From Octopus vulgaris (Eukaryota), in contig OX597817.1 of assembly GCA_951406725.2 (NCBI GenBank), forward strand, positions 78,492,001 to 78,556,000: DNA of 64,000 nt, written 5' to 3'. Below are positions 63,305 to 64,000 of this stretch, piece by piece; positions within the stretch are counted from its first letter, which is position 1, and each line of letters starts with the position of its first letter. The position numbers were made by a program, and so were the translations under genes. Under the pieces are notes generated by a model. It was not told where the DNA came from and made no database searches. It saw nothing but the letters and a program-made list of their open reading frames with translations.

Positions 63305-63790
63305 AAATTTAAATAATAAGGGTAAAAAATGAAATATTAATTTGATTAATATCAATTTTTTACCCTTATCATTTAAATTTAAATAACCATGTTCTCTAAC
63401 CAGCAGGATTCATTGCAGAAAATTATTTTCTGCAGAATTATTTCCAGTTTTTGGCACGACAAAACGAAGACATTTGAAATATATCCCCAAATATAACTGG
63501 CAAAACTATATACATGTTCAATCTCGTATGGATGCCCTGTGTATAGTTCTGCAAATTAATTTTTACTATGACAGTCACACTGATGAATTGTGGCCATTTA
63601 TGTATGTAAATATGTAAGTGGTAACAATGAAATCTGGTATGTGACTAATCATTATATTGTGTATCTTTTCATTTGTCTTGCTCGCTTACGTTCTGGCGTT
63701 TGCTAAATTTTCTTGAGAACAATCTGTTCTTAGTGGTCTAACCATATGGGGTCTACATCTAGCATATTGGATGTCAACGTGGTCATCCCT

Positions 63791-63793
<3 letters not shown>
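63305..63793 (+). mobile_element. Non-coding PLE/retrozyme-type repeat hosting the 63573 HHR, with a 5' fold-back, between (TA)n tracts
   Basis: Contains the HHR. 63305-63380 is an imperfect hairpin whose left arm matches 36828-36880. Confidence 0.55.
63573..63646 (+). ncRNA. Type I hammerhead ribozyme motif with canonical core
   Basis: AGTCACA-CTGATGA-ATTGT...ACAAT-GAAA-TCTGG-TA-TGTGACT: perfect 7-bp stem I, 5-bp (extendable) stem II, minimal stem III, GUA site after 63639. Confidence 0.82.
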
Positions 63794-63831
<38 letters not shown>

Positions 63832-63971
63832 CACAAATGAGATACAAAGATTCTCCATTTAGAAGACACTTTGTTGTGTTCAAAAGATTCAAACTTAGAC
63901 TCTGATGTCTTCACAGGAGATCATACTGCAAGGTATATGAAATGTATGTGTGTGTGTGTGTATATATATAT

Positions 63972-64000
63972 ATTGGGGTGTTTGGAAAGTAATTGTGCTT
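63972..64000. mobile_element. Possible mariner-type TIR cut by the window edge
   Basis: TA-TTGGGGTGTTTGGAAAGTAATTG resembles the TA-TTGGGTTG TIR start at 26774. Confidence 0.35.

Overview
AT-rich, microsatellite-saturated animal genomic DNA. The SINE/LINE repertoire suggests a cephalopod, probably Octopus (inference). I found no convincing host protein-coding exon; the window reads as intronic or intergenic and is mostly nested mobile elements. Identified: (1) stacks of R4/Dong-type RLE non-LTR retrotransposons in (TAA)n tracts, one with a 700-codon open RT-RLE frame (52791-54890) and a near-identical inverted copy at 18931-21322; (2) an RT-less Tx1/L1-like element (ORF1+APE) inserted with a 16-bp TSD into a SINE tRNA head, whose 3' tail is shared by one SINE subfamily; (3) RTE fragments, Tc1/mariner remnants (one with both TIRs), a piggyBac-type MITE and non-autonomous Helitrons; (4) dozens of tRNA-derived SINEs. 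The signal the ORF track misses is non-coding. Several unrelated Penelope-associated repeats carry minimal type I hammerhead ribozyme (HHR) motifs, including a 474-bp tandem-plus-inverted retrozyme-like repeat (35182-35991) and a tRNA-headed HHR SINE in head-to-head arrangement (62343-63086). There is also a 58-bp mini-LTR fused to 48 nt of reverse-copied tRNA-Trp (47704-47811) and a U6 3' fragment abutting a SINE. All alignments, folds and translations were done by eye. SINE-A/B/C and Dong-A to -E are my own working labels, and ends of degraded elements are approximate.
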